Assembly: GCA_041746255.1 (NCBI GenBank)
Contig: JBGTHM010000111.1
Location: forward strand, 1 to 25,080
DNA length: 25,080 nt
From: Fibrobacteria bacterium
GTDB lineage: Bacteria > Fibrobacterota > Fibrobacteria > UBA11236
Direction: 5' to 3'
Notes under the pieces: model-generated
What the model saw: only the letters and a program-made list of their open reading frames with translations
The model's database searches: none
What the model was told of the DNA's origin: nothing
Shown here: piece after piece, positions 8,826-18,506 of the stretch
Numbering within the stretch: position 1 is the first letter of the stretch
Layout of the letters: every line of letters starts with the position of its first letter
Translations under genes and position numbers: made by a program

Positions 8826-11516
8826 ATGAAATCAATTGATATTAAACCTGTTTCCGCACAAGGATTCGGCGTCCCCTACCTTTCCGGACAGGAAATCCGC
8901 CGGACATTCATCGATTTCTTCCGGGGAAAAGGCCATCAATTCGTCCCCTCTTCTCCCGTGGTTCCTCAAGACGACCCCACCCTACTGTTTATCAACGCGG
9001 GGATGAACCAATTCAAAGCGGCCCTTCTGGGCGAAAACAAAGAGGGATGGAAGCGCGTCGCCAATTCGCAAAAATGCATACGCGTATCGGGTAAACACAA
9101 CGATTTGGATGCCGTAGGCCGCGATACCTACCACCATACTCTTTTTGAAATGCTCGGGAATTGGTCTTTCGGCGACTATTATAAGCAGGAAGCCATTGCC
9201 TGGGCCTGGGAGCTCTTGACGGAAGTGTGGAAATTGCCCAAGGACCGGCTTTTCATTACGGTTCACCATACCGACGACGAATCGGCGGAGATTTGGCGGA
9301 AGGTGGCCGATATTCCCGCCAGCCATATTATGCCTTTCGGCGATGCCTCTAATTTCTGGGAAATGGGGGACGTGGGCCCCTGCGGGCCCTGTTCTGAAAT
9401 CCATTTCGATATGGGCGACTTGGAAACGCAAGCGGCTACTTTCGCCGACCCCGAAGCAGGCGTCAATGGGACGAATAGCCGTTACATTGAAATCTGGAAT
9501 CTGGTTTTCATGCAGTTCGAAAGGCTTTCCGATAGCAGCCTTAAACCCTTGCGGTTTAAAAACGTCGACACGGGCATGGGCTTTGAGCGTATTGCGGCCG
9601 TCATCCAAGGCAAGACTTCTAATTATGACACCGACGTATTCTCTCCCCTTATCGGGAAAATCGCTGAGTTATCGGGAAGGCCTTACGACGGAGGCCCCGT
9701 GGGCATGCCTCACCGGGTTATCGCCGACCATGTGCGCGCCCTTGCCTTCGCCATAGCCGACGGAGCCTCTCCCAGCAACGAGGGGCGCGGTTATGTGCTG
9801 CGCCGCATCCTCCGACGCGCCAGCCGCTATGCCAAGGAATTGGGTCAAGGCGAACCTTTCATTCATCGATTGGTTCCGGTTTTGGCCGATGTGATGCAAG
9901 ACGCATTTCCCGAAGTGGGGCAGCGCCGCGATTTTATCGCGCAGGTGATTCGCGCCGAAGAAGAACGCTTCATGAAAACCCTCGATCAGGGTCTCAACCG
10001 TTTTCACAAAGCCGCTCGTGAAATCAAGGCTAAGCAAGGAAAACAAATTCCCGGCGAAGAAATTTTCACGCTATACGATACCTTCGGCTTTCCCGTCGAC
10101 CTCACCCAGGTATTGGCCGAAGAAGAAAATCTCACCCTGGATATGGCGGGGTATGAAAAGCATATGGAGCAACAAAGGGAAAGGGCCCGCAGCGCCACCC
10201 GCTTCGATGGCAGCCTCTCCGCCGATGAGGGTTGGACGGTACTCTCTCCGGGCATCCTCACCGAATTCGTCGGATACGAATCTTTAAGCTCCGAGGCCGA
10301 GGTCTTGCGTTTTCGCGAAGATAAAGGTGAGGCTCTGCTTGTCCTGGATAAATCTCCTTTTTATGCGGAGGCTGGAGGCCAAGTCGGCGATACCGGTGTC
10401 GTAAAAGGCAAGAATATCGAATTGGCGGTGGAAGATACTTTCAAAGTTCTCGACATGACGGTGCATAAATGCAAAGTCGTGCGGGGTGAACTGAAACCGG
10501 AAAACCTGACGGGCCTCACCGCACAGGTGAATGCCCAAGCCCGTTCGGCTACGATTCGCAACCATTCGGCCACCCATCTCCTCCATGCCGCATTGCGTCA
10601 GGTACTGGGCGAACATGTGCAGCAACAAGGTTCGCGTGTTTCTCCCGAAAGTCTCCGCTTCGACTTCACCCATTTCCAGGCGATTACCCCGGAAGAAATG
10701 ATTCGAATCGAAGATTTGGTCAATGACCGGATTCAGGAGAACCTGGCCGTAACTAAGGCCCTGCACAATCTCGAAGAAGCCAAGGAGCTTGGCGCCATGG
10801 CCCTTTTCGGAGAAAAGTACGGCGACCGCGTGCGCGTCATCAGCATGGGCGGATTCAGTATGGAACTCTGCGGCGGCACTCACGCCGAAGCCACGGGCCA
10901 ACTCGGCCTTTTCAAAATCATATCCGAAGGATCTATAGCCTCGGGGGTCAGGCGAATTGAAGCCGTCACCGGAAGCATTGCGGTTGCGATGGTGCGCGAG
11001 CAAATGCATAAGCTGAGCGAAATCGGGCGCGCCTTGAAAGCCAAGCCCGGTGAAGAGCTGGAAAAGCTGGGGGAATTGTCGGAGCGTGTGAAGCAGCTCG
11101 AAAAAGAGGCTGGGAAATGGCGGCAAATCCAAGCTCGCCAGGCAGCGGAAACCCTGTTAGCCGAAAAGGGACGGCAGGTCGGTGACTTGACTATCCTGGT
11201 GGCAAGCCTGGATAAAACCGCATGCCCCAAGGAAATGCACTCCGATTTGCTCGATGCGCTTGCGCCCAGTCTGCAAAAGGGCATAGCCATATTGACCTAT
11301 GCGGACAACGGCAATCTCAGCATCATGGCCCTTTCCGGAAAGGAAGCCCAAAGTCGGGCCAAAGCCGGGGATATCGTTAAGGAATTGGCCGTCCATGCCG
11401 ATGGCAAAGGGGGTGGCCGCCCGGATCGTGCCCAAGCGGGCTCAAAATTTCCAGAAAAGGAAACTTTGGTGTTAAAAGAGGCCGAAAACCTGATTTCAAA
11501 ATGGGCGGAGCGTTAA
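8826..11516 (+). CDS. alaS: Alanine--tRNA ligase
   Basis: DPTLLFINAGMNQFK, QKCIR, HHTLFEMLGNWSFGDYYK, CGPCSEI, VDTGMGFER, GYVLRRILRR, editing-domain HSATHLLH and ELCGGTH, C-terminal GGGRPD. Confidence 0.98.
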   Translation: MKSIDIKPVSAQGFGVPYLSGQEIRRTFIDFFRGKGHQFVPSSPVVPQDDPTLLFINAGMNQFKAALLGENKEGWKRVANSQKCIRVSGKHNDLDAVGRDTYHHTLFEMLGNWSFGDYYKQEAIAWAWELLTEVWKLPKDRLFITVHHTDDESAEIWRKVADIPASHIMPFGDASNFWEMGDVGPCGPCSEIHFDMGDLETQAATFADPEAGVNGTNSRYIEIWNLVFMQFERLSDSSLKPLRFKNVDTGMGFERIAAVIQGKTSNYDTDVFSPLIGKIAELSGRPYDGGPVGMPHRVIADHVRALAFAIADGASPSNEGRGYVLRRILRRASRYAKELGQGEPFIHRLVPVLADVMQDAFPEVGQRRDFIAQVIRAEEERFMKTLDQGLNRFHKAAREIKAKQGKQIPGEEIFTLYDTFGFPVDLTQVLAEEENLTLDMAGYEKHMEQQRERARSATRFDGSLSADEGWTVLSPGILTEFVGYESLSSEAEVLRFREDKGEALLVLDKSPFYAEAGGQVGDTGVVKGKNIELAVEDTFKVLDMTVHKCKVVRGELKPENLTGLTAQVNAQARSATIRNHSATHLLHAALRQVLGEHVQQQGSRVSPESLRFDFTHFQAITPEEMIRIEDLVNDRIQENLAVTKALHNLEEAKELGAMALFGEKYGDRVRVISMGGFSMELCGGTHAEATGQLGLFKIISEGSIASGVRRIEAVTGSIAVAMVREQMHKLSEIGRALKAKPGEELEKLGELSERVKQLEKEAGKWRQIQARQAAETLLAEKGRQVGDLTILVASLDKTACPKEMHSDLLDALAPSLQKGIAILTYADNGNLSIMALSGKEAQSRAKAGDIVKELAVHADGKGGGRPDRAQAGSKFPEKETLVLKEAENLISKWAER

Positions 11517-11517
11517 C

Positions 11518-12276
11518 ATGGGTATAGAATTGGGTGCGGTAGAGCAATCCCTCTTAAAAAGCATCACCGACCATGGAGCCCTGTTCTGGGTGCTGCTCGA
11601 CCCCGATTCCCTTCCCCCCGCCAAAGTCATTGAATCGGGACTGCGCGCAGCCCAAAACGGCGCGGATGCAATTCTGTTGGGTGGATCCTTTATCGGCAAC
11701 CCGAATTTCACCCAAATTGCGGAGGCTCTTAAAAAAGAGACGAAGGTGCCCATAGTCCTTTTTCCAGGAGGGTGTTCCCATGTCCACCCCGGGCCCGATG
11801 CCATCCTTTTCACCACTTTAATCAGCGGCCGCAATCCCCAATACCTCATCGACGAACAGGTTAAAGCCGCCGTCCTGGTCAAATCCCTGCGTATGGAAGC
11901 CTTGCCCACCGCGTATATGCTCATTGAGTCGGGTAAAACCACCGCCGTCGAGTACATCAGCAATACCCGCCCCATCCCGGCGGATAAACCCGCCATTGCG
12001 GCCGTACACGCCATGGCCGCCGAATTAATGGGTCAACGCTGGGTCTATCTGGAGGCCGGAAGTGGCGCCCTCAACGCAGTTCCCCTGCCCGTGGTGGCAG
12101 CCGTCAAGGCATCCACAGCCATTAAGGTCATTGTGGGAGGCGGCATCCGCCAACCGGAACAGGCCCGCGAAAGAGTACAGGCAGGGGCCGATGCCATTGT
12201 GGTAGGCAATTTTTTCGAGTCAAAAAACGAAAGCGGCCTTTTCCGTGAATTCGCGGATGCGGTTCATAAACGCTGA
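11518..12276 (+). CDS. Geranylgeranylglyceryl/heptaprenylglyceryl phosphate synthase (GGGPS/PcrB family, group II-like)
   Basis: LLDPD, GADAILLGGS, PIVLFPG, DAILFTTLISGRNPQYLI, PTAYMLIESG, YLEAGSGA, VGGGIR, GADAIVVGN. Confidence 0.92.
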   Translation: MGIELGAVEQSLLKSITDHGALFWVLLDPDSLPPAKVIESGLRAAQNGADAILLGGSFIGNPNFTQIAEALKKETKVPIVLFPGGCSHVHPGPDAILFTTLISGRNPQYLIDEQVKAAVLVKSLRMEALPTAYMLIESGKTTAVEYISNTRPIPADKPAIAAVHAMAAELMGQRWVYLEAGSGALNAVPLPVVAAVKASTAIKVIVGGGIRQPEQARERVQAGADAIVVGNFFESKNESGLFREFADAVHKR

Positions 12277-12309
12277 ATCCGGCCCTGCTCCTGGAAAATA
12301 GCCCCTGGG

Positions 12310-12351
12310 CCTTGATTAAAAGGTGCCGCTTTATTAACTTTGTGCGCTCCT
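12310..12351 (+). promoter_or_regulatory. Putative promoter of the rplM operon (TTGATT-N17-TAACTT)
   Basis: CCTTGATT-N14-TATTAACTTT-GTGCG-CTCCT, with spacing identical to the element upstream of fusA. Confidence 0.55.
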
Positions 12352-12370
12352 TTTTTTGATATAGGGTAGA

Positions 12371-12799
12371 ATGAAAACGCTTACAGCCAACCCCGACAAT
12401 ATTGAACGCAAATGGTATGTCATCGACGCCGAAGGCGTTGTTTTAGGCCGATTGGCCAGCAAAGCCGCCAGTCTGCTCATGGGCAAGAACAAACCCATTT
12501 TCTCGACCAGCCATGATATGGGAGACCATATCATTATCATCAATGCCGAAAAAGTGGCTTTAACCGGAAATAAGCGCGAGACCAAGGTCTATTTCACCCA
12601 CTCCACCTATTCCGGCGGTGGTAGAACCCTGTCCTTCGAGCAGTCGCAAATATTGGATGCGGGGAACCCGATACGGGCCGCCATCAAGGGCATGCTGCCG
12701 AAGAATTCTCGTGGACGCCAGATGTTTCGCAAGCTATTTGTATACGGGGGCACGGTACATCCGCACAGTGCCCAGCAACCCCAGACCCTGTCGGTCTAA
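12371..12799 (+). CDS. rplM: 50S ribosomal protein L13
   Basis: RKWYVIDAEGVVLGRLAS, GKNKP, DMGDHIIIINAEKV, KGMLPKN, HPHSAQQP. Confidence 0.98.
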   Translation: MKTLTANPDNIERKWYVIDAEGVVLGRLASKAASLLMGKNKPIFSTSHDMGDHIIIINAEKVALTGNKRETKVYFTHSTYSGGGRTLSFEQSQILDAGNPIRAAIKGMLPKNSRGRQMFRKLFVYGGTVHPHSAQQPQTLSV

Positions 12800-12826
12800 C
12801 CCAGTTGGAATTTCAAGGAGGCAATC

Positions 12827-13222
12827 ATCGCTACTGAGCAAGCATACCGGGCCACCGGACGCAGAAAAAACGCAATCGCCCAGGTTATCATCAAACCCGG
12901 AACCGGTAAGCGCATCGTAAATGATCGCGAATTCAAAGACTACTTCGCCAATGACGTACGGGAAATGCTCATTGAGCAGCCCCTGGTGGTCATAGACGGC
13001 AGCAAAACCTGGGATGTTTTCATCACAGCCTTGGGCGGAGGCGTTTCCGGGCAGGCTGGAGCGGCCCGCTTGGGAATCGCCCGGGCCTTGTTGGTCTTCA
13101 ATCCCGAGTATCGCAAAATAATGCGTGAACACGGACTGTTGACCCGCGATCCTCGCGCCGTGGAAAGAAAGAAATATGGCCGTGCGGGCGCCCGCGCAGG
13201 CTTCCAGTGGACCAAGCGTTAA
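12827..13222 (+). CDS. rpsI: 30S ribosomal protein S9, apparently initiating at a non-canonical ATC codon (131 aa)
   Basis: The frame upstream of the ORF-track ATG (12965) encodes the conserved S9 N-terminus ATEQAYRATGRRKNAIAQVIIKPGTGKRIVN. The C-terminus has GGGVSGQAGA, LLTRDPRAVERKKYG, QWTKR. SD AAGGAGG at 12815-12821. Confidence 0.95.
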   Translation: MATEQAYRATGRRKNAIAQVIIKPGTGKRIVNDREFKDYFANDVREMLIEQPLVVIDGSKTWDVFITALGGGVSGQAGAARLGIARALLVFNPEYRKIMREHGLLTRDPRAVERKKYGRAGARAGFQWTKR

Positions 13223-13258
13223 TAGCCGCCTACGCAGCGGCCTTGTAAGGATTATTCA

Positions 13259-14002
13259 ATGGCTATACCAGACATCAAGGAAATGCTCGACGCCGGATGC
13301 CATTTCGGCCATCTGACCAAACGTTGGAACCCCAAGATGAAGAAATTCATCTTGACCGAACGCAACGGCATCTACGTGCTCGACCTCACCAAGACGCAGC
13401 AATGCCTGCAGCGGGCTGTGGACGCCGCACGTCGCATTCGCGCTACGGGCCGTTCCATCCTTTTCGTGGGCACGAAAAAATCCATCAAGGATTGCATCAA
13501 AGAAGAAGCCCAAAGAGCCGGAGTCTTCTATGTAACCGAGCGCTGGCTCGGCGGCATGCTCACCAACTTCGCCACCGTCCGCAAGTCCATCAAACGTCTC
13601 GAAGAAATCGAGAAAATGGAAAAAGACGGTCTATTCAAAGACATCGGCAAAAAGGAAGTACTCACCCTCAATAAAGAGCGTGGCAAGCTCGAAGCGGTTT
13701 TCGGTGGTATTCGCAATATGCGCACTTTACCCGGAGCCTTGTTCGTAGTCGATTCCGAGCATGAAGAAATTGCGGTTCACGAAGCCAACCGCCTCAAGAT
13801 TCCCGTTATCGCCTTGGTCGATACCAATAGCGATCCCGACAAAATCGCCTATCCCATTCCTGGAAATGACGATGCCATCAAGTCGGTGGGGCTTTTGACT
13901 CGGGTACTTTCCGAAGCCATCATGACGGTACAATCCCCCACCGCCAGTGAGCCCAGCAAAGTCGAACCCCAACTCGCCGAAGTATTCGAGGGTTCGCAGT
14001 AA
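13259..14002 (+). CDS. rpsB: 30S ribosomal protein S2
   Basis: AGCHFGH, WNPKM, ILFVGTKK, RWLGGMLTN, DTNSDPD, IPGNDDAIKS. Confidence 0.98.
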   Translation: MAIPDIKEMLDAGCHFGHLTKRWNPKMKKFILTERNGIYVLDLTKTQQCLQRAVDAARRIRATGRSILFVGTKKSIKDCIKEEAQRAGVFYVTERWLGGMLTNFATVRKSIKRLEEIEKMEKDGLFKDIGKKEVLTLNKERGKLEAVFGGIRNMRTLPGALFVVDSEHEEIAVHEANRLKIPVIALVDTNSDPDKIAYPIPGNDDAIKSVGLLTRVLSEAIMTVQSPTASEPSKVEPQLAEVFEGSQ

Positions 14003-14868
14003 TGACGGGTATCTCAGCTCAAGCGGTACAACTCCTTCGTGAACGCACGGGTCTCGGACTCATGCAATGCAAAAAAGCCCTCACTGAAACAGATGGCGAC
14101 ATTGAAAAAGCCATTGAGCAGCTCCGTAAGCAAGGGGCAGCCGTCGCCGCCAAACGCATCGACAAAGAAGCCAAAGAAGGCTCGGTGCTGGTGGGAGCGA
14201 ACGCTCAAGGCGCCGCCATCGTCGAAGTCAATTGCGAAACCGATTTTGTCGCGGCCTCCGACGACTTTACGGGCTTTGTCTCCAAGATTCTCAATGTTAT
14301 TCTGGAAAAACGCCCCTCCAATAATGAAGCGCTTTCCGCTTTGTCGCTCGACGGTGGAACCGTCAAGGACGTTACCGAAGCCGTGATGGCCAAAGTCGGC
14401 GAAAAGATCAATGTGCGTCGATTCGCCTTCGAACCGGTCGGTACCGGCGAAATCGCCCAATCCTATTCGCATATGAACGGCAAAATCGGAGTCGTCGTCA
14501 AACTCGGGTACGAGGGACAGCTCAAAAACCGTGAAGGCCTGGAAAGCCTGGCCAAGGACCTGTGCATGCAGGTCGCCGCCTCCAGCCCCATCGCAATCGA
14601 AGCCGGAGATGTTCCCGCTTCCGTATTGGAAAAAGAGCGCGAAATCTACCGTGAAGTCACGCTCAAAGAAGGCAAGACCGGCGAAATCGTCGACAAAATC
14701 GTCGAAGGCAAAGTGACGAAGTTCTTCAAGGAGAGCTGCCTGGTCAATCAGGTCTTCATCAAAGACTCGAAACTCAGTGTCGAGAAACTTCTCGCCAATA
14801 CGGCCAAGGAACTGGGGCTCGGATCGATCAAGATTCTGTCGTTCCACCGCATGCAACTGGGTCAATGA
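14002..14868 (+). CDS. tsf: Elongation factor Ts
   Basis: [46 protein letters not shown] overlap with rpsB. Confidence 0.98.
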   Translation: MTGISAQAVQLLRERTGLGLMQCKKALTETDGDIEKAIEQLRKQGAAVAAKRIDKEAKEGSVLVGANAQGAAIVEVNCETDFVAASDDFTGFVSKILNVILEKRPSNNEALSALSLDGGTVKDVTEAVMAKVGEKINVRRFAFEPVGTGEIAQSYSHMNGKIGVVVKLGYEGQLKNREGLESLAKDLCMQVAASSPIAIEAGDVPASVLEKEREIYREVTLKEGKTGEIVDKIVEGKVTKFFKESCLVNQVFIKDSKLSVEKLLANTAKELGLGSIKILSFHRMQLGQ

Positions 14869-14872
14869 CCCC

Positions 14873-15598
14873 ATGGCCAGCCTGAAGTATAAGCGCATCC
14901 TCATCAAGTTGAGCGGGGAAGCCTTGGCCGGAAATAGCGAATCCGGCATTGATCCGGAAACCATTCGCAGCATTTCCCAAGAAATAGCCGAAGTGTACCG
15001 TATGGGTATACAGGTAGGCCTCGTCATCGGAGGTGGCAATATCGTCCGGGGCGCCAAATTGAGCGCGCTGGGAATCGACAGGGTTTCCGCCGATCAAATG
15101 GGCATGCTGGCCACGGTCATCAATTGCATAGCCATGCAGGATGCGCTCGAAAAATTGGGAATCTTCACAAGGGTGATGAGCGCCATCAAAATGTCGGAGG
15201 TGGCGGAACTGTACATCCGCCGCCGCGCCGTACGCCATCTCGAAAAGGAACGAATCGTGCTTTTCGCCGCCGGCACCGGAAATCCCTACTTCACTACCGA
15301 CAGCGCGGCTACGCTCAGGGCCATAGAAACCAATTGTGACGTGATCATGAAGGCCACCAATGTCGACGGCATTTATGATAGCGACCCTCGGACCAACTCC
15401 GGTGCCGTGCGTTTCGAACACCTCACCTATACCGACGTCATCAATCGCGATCTCAAGGTAATGGATACTTCAGCTATCGCGCTCTGCCGTGAAAACAACA
15501 TGCCCATTCTGGTTTATAACATGAAAGTGCCGGGTAATCTGGTGCGTTCCGCCAGTGGAGACCGAATCGGAACGCTGGTTACCGCCGCTGTTTCGTAA
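14873..15598 (+). CDS. pyrH: UMP kinase
   Basis: [57 protein letters not shown]. Start moved to ATG 14873. Confidence 0.98.
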   Translation: MASLKYKRILIKLSGEALAGNSESGIDPETIRSISQEIAEVYRMGIQVGLVIGGGNIVRGAKLSALGIDRVSADQMGMLATVINCIAMQDALEKLGIFTRVMSAIKMSEVAELYIRRRAVRHLEKERIVLFAAGTGNPYFTTDSAATLRAIETNCDVIMKATNVDGIYDSDPRTNSGAVRFEHLTYTDVINRDLKVMDTSAIALCRENNMPILVYNMKVPGNLVRSASGDRIGTLVTAAVS

Positions 15599-15610
15599 GG
15601 AGGCTGTACC

Positions 15611-16162
15611 ATGTTCGACGAAGACTCGCTTAGAAGCCGTATGCAAAAAACGGTGGAAACCGTGCACAAGGAACTGACGAAAATCCGTACGGGCATCGCA
15701 TCGCCTTCCATCCTGGAAAACGTTTTCGTGGATTATTTCGGCACGCGAACTCCCATCACCCAGGCCGCTTCGGTATCCGTACCCGAGCCCCGAATGCTCG
15801 CAATCAAGCCTTGGGATAAATCCCTTTTTTCCGCTATCGAAAAAGCCATCCAAGCCAGCGATTTGGGGCTCAACCCGGTCAACGACGGTAACGTCATCCG
15901 CCTGAACATGCCCGTTCTAACGGCGGATCGCCGCAAGGAGCTGGCCAAAGTCTGCCGTAAAGTGGGTGAAGAGGGCAAAGTGGCCATCCGCAATATCCGT
16001 CGCGACGAAAACGATCACATCAAGAAGAAAGCCAAAGCCGAGTCCCAATCCGAGGACGAGGTGAAGGAACATCTGGAAAGCATACAGGCCATCACCGATG
16101 AATACACCGATATCATCGAACGAATCGTGGCTGAAAAAGAAAAGGACGTTCTCACCGTATAG
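15611..16162 (+). CDS. frr: Ribosome recycling factor
   Basis: IRTGIASP, VDYFG, IEKAIQASDLGLNP, KVAIRNIRRD. SD AAGGAGG. Confidence 0.97.
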   Translation: MFDEDSLRSRMQKTVETVHKELTKIRTGIASPSILENVFVDYFGTRTPITQAASVSVPEPRMLAIKPWDKSLFSAIEKAIQASDLGLNPVNDGNVIRLNMPVLTADRRKELAKVCRKVGEEGKVAIRNIRRDENDHIKKKAKAESQSEDEVKEHLESIQAITDEYTDIIERIVAEKEKDVLTV

Positions 16163-16174
16163 TAGCCGGCGAGA

Positions 16175-16897
16175 ATGACGGCCCTTGTGCGCGATGTCCC
16201 GCAGCATATAGCCATCATCATGGATGGGAACGGTCGCTGGGCCCGGAAACGGTTCCAGCCGCGCGTACTTGGGCATAAAGCCGGCACCCGCGCGACCAAG
16301 CGCATCGTCAAGGCCTGCGGCGAGCTAGGCGTTAAACACCTCACCATCTACGTCTTCTCATCGGAAAATTGGGAGCGCCCCCTCGCCGAGGTGGATGCAC
16401 TCATGAATCTTCTGGTGGAAATGTTGCACCAGGAGATCTTGGAACTGATGGAAAGCAACGTCCGGCTTTGCGCCCTGGGCAACCTATCCCGCCTTCCGGA
16501 AAAGACCCGGCGCGAACTCGAATGGGGCATTGAACATACCCGTAACAATTCCGGCCTGCAGCTTAATCTTGCCGTCTCCTACGGCGGGCGCGAGGAAATC
16601 GTGGAAGCCTGCAAGTCGCTGGCCCGCGAGGTATCGGAAGGCAAGCTCAAGCCCGACGAAATCGATGAGAAGGCGTTTGCCCGTCGGCTCTACCAGCCGG
16701 AAGTGCCCGACCCGGAACTACTCATTCGCACCGGCGGCGATCAGCGCATTTCCAATTTCTTGCTTTGGCAAATCGCCTATACCGAACTGTACGTAACTTC
16801 CACGTTATGGCCTGATTTCGATAAAGAAGGTCTCATAGAGGCCATCGACGCCTATCATTCTCGGCAACGGCGTTTCGGCAAAGTCATGGAAAGTTGA
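16175..16897 (+). CDS. uppS: Undecaprenyl diphosphate synthase (cis-prenyltransferase)
   Basis: HIAIIMDGNGRWA, FSSENWERP, SYGGREEI, LLIRTGGDQRISNFLLWQ, RRFG. Confidence 0.97.
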   Translation: MTALVRDVPQHIAIIMDGNGRWARKRFQPRVLGHKAGTRATKRIVKACGELGVKHLTIYVFSSENWERPLAEVDALMNLLVEMLHQEILELMESNVRLCALGNLSRLPEKTRRELEWGIEHTRNNSGLQLNLAVSYGGREEIVEACKSLAREVSEGKLKPDEIDEKAFARRLYQPEVPDPELLIRTGGDQRISNFLLWQIAYTELYVTSTLWPDFDKEGLIEAIDAYHSRQRRFGKVMES

Positions 16898-17739
16898 AGG
16901 CCATGGGAGAATTGGGCATACGCATCATTTCCGCCCTGATCATGACGGTGGTGGGAGTCGGAGCCTTGATTTTCAGCCCCGTCTCCCGGAACAGCCTGCT
17001 TATCCTCGTGCTTACCCTGGGCGCTTGGGAATTCGCTCGCTTGGTCAATCAACGTTTGGCTGGGCCCCGATTGGCTTGGCTGACTGCGTTTTTAGTAATG
17101 GTCCTACTTCTACCCCGTCTTTCCTGGCCCTTCGCGGCCGGAGCGTTTCCGGAACCCTTTATCTCGGGATGGTTGATTGCGATGGTATTCGCATTCATCC
17201 TCGCCGGCTTCCGCTACCTTCCCATCGAGTCCATGGCGGCCTGGATTGGCCTGCAAATCCTCGGCGCCCTGTTTCTAGGAATCTGGGGCGGCCTTGCATT
17301 TGAATTGTTCCTGCCATTGCCGGATTGGACCGCCATCCAACCCTTTTTACTGGTGCTTTTCTGCATGACGGCCAACGATTCGGGCGCTTACTTCACTGGT
17401 CGGGCCTGGGGCAAAAACAAGCTGGCCGCTTCCATAAGCGCAAAAAAGACATGGGAGGGCGCCGTGGGTGGTTTGGCCGCCTCGGTAGGCATAGCCCTGG
17501 CCTTGGGGCCGCTTTGGTTGGAATTGAGTCCGGCGAAAAGCCTGGTGTTCGGGGGGTTAATGGCATTCACCGCCGTTTGCGGCGATTTACTGATGTCGGT
17601 ATTGAAACGCTATGCGGGCGCCAAAGACTCCTCCCACCTGATTCCAGGACATGGGGGCATTCTCGATCGTTTCGACAGCCTGCTGCTATCCGTTCCGATT
17701 GCGGTTTTCTACCTGCGCTTGGCCGGGGTGTTGCCTTAA
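16894..17739 (+). CDS. cdsA: Phosphatidate cytidylyltransferase
   Basis: Multi-pass hydrophobic protein with DSGAYFTG, ISAKKTWEG, GDLLMSVLKR, KDSSHLIPGHGGILDRFDS. Start is TTG 16894 (overlapping the uppS stop) or ATG 16903. Confidence 0.95.
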   Translation: MKAMGELGIRIISALIMTVVGVGALIFSPVSRNSLLILVLTLGAWEFARLVNQRLAGPRLAWLTAFLVMVLLLPRLSWPFAAGAFPEPFISGWLIAMVFAFILAGFRYLPIESMAAWIGLQILGALFLGIWGGLAFELFLPLPDWTAIQPFLLVLFCMTANDSGAYFTGRAWGKNKLAASISAKKTWEGAVGGLAASVGIALALGPLWLELSPAKSLVFGGLMAFTAVCGDLLMSVLKRYAGAKDSSHLIPGHGGILDRFDSLLLSVPIAVFYLRLAGVLP

Positions 17740-17948
17740 CCCCTTGCCCGAGGTACCTTCCCCCCTCCGGTTATTTCATCCCTAAATCAAAACCGCTTGC
17801 TTGATGAATTTGGGTTCTATTAACTCAATTTCCGGGGAAAACCGGCGCTTGATCTAAAGTTGTTGCGATAACGCCACGGCACCCCATAGAATATTCATGG
17901 AATTCCGGCGTCCATGTGAACAGCCATGGCCTTTAGGATATCGGCTTT

Positions 17949-18506
17949 ATGAGCGAACATATCTCAGGAGCGCTGAATCAACTCCTTCCCATGTTCACTT
18001 CCAGCTCTAAATGGACATTGCAATCCATTCTCCAATCCCATCCCACCATTACCCAGGAGTTTAAAGTAGGCCGGGGTTTCCCCAGCGGATGGGAAATCTA
18101 TTGCATTCTTCCCTGTTCCAACTCCAAATATCATTTCCATATAACCATTGGAACCAACAAAAAAAATCTCGAAAACCTCCTGCCTTACGAAGGCGATCAT
18201 GCCCTGCGATTGAGCGCCTTGGGTGAAGTGGCCAAGGTTATCTCCGGCCTGCTGACGGCGGATGACCTATTTCTCGAAGCCTTCGAACATATGCGCCCAT
18301 CGACTCCCTTCTATTCGGAGGGAGAATTTACGGATAGGTCCGATTGGTGCGCATACGGCAAAATCGCGGTCGGCGGCCACGAAATATTCCTCAACTTTTC
18401 TGTTCGGGACCGAATTGAAACGACGCAGAGCGACGACGTTCCAAGCCAGCCTGGCGAAGCTGAGGACCATCCACCCACCACCCATTCGGCCAAAGAAAAA
18501 ACATGA
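17949..18506 (+). CDS. CheX/CheC-family-like protein (divergent chemotaxis phosphatase fold)
   Basis: SALGEVAKVISG resembles the CheX/CheC (D/S)xxxExxNxxxG helix and is followed by the family-like ..STP. Size and helix/strand order are compatible. Recognised by motif only. Confidence 0.6.
   Translation: MSEHISGALNQLLPMFTSSSKWTLQSILQSHPTITQEFKVGRGFPSGWEIYCILPCSNSKYHFHITIGTNKKNLENLLPYEGDHALRLSALGEVAKVISGLLTADDLFLEAFEHMRPSTPFYSEGEFTDRSDWCAYGKIAVGGHEIFLNFSVRDRIETTQSDDVPSQPGEAEDHPPTTHSAKEKT

Noticed and set aside
8860..8880. SD-like AAGGA before GTC CCC TAC in alaS, suggesting a second non-canonical start
   Set aside because: An in-frame ATG exists at 8826, and GTC initiation has no support here.
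13225..13241. GCCGC-N7-GCGGC hairpin between rpsI and rpsB as a possible S2 leader or terminator
   Set aside because: It is a 5-bp stem with no U-tract, too short to match the known rpsB leader.
14014..15057. 347-aa minus-strand ORF
   Set aside because: Antisense shadow of tsf and pyrH.
17855..17872. TAAAGTT and GCGATAA resembling a sigma28 promoter before the CheX-like gene
   Set aside because: The spacing is far too short for TAAA-N15-GCCGATAA.
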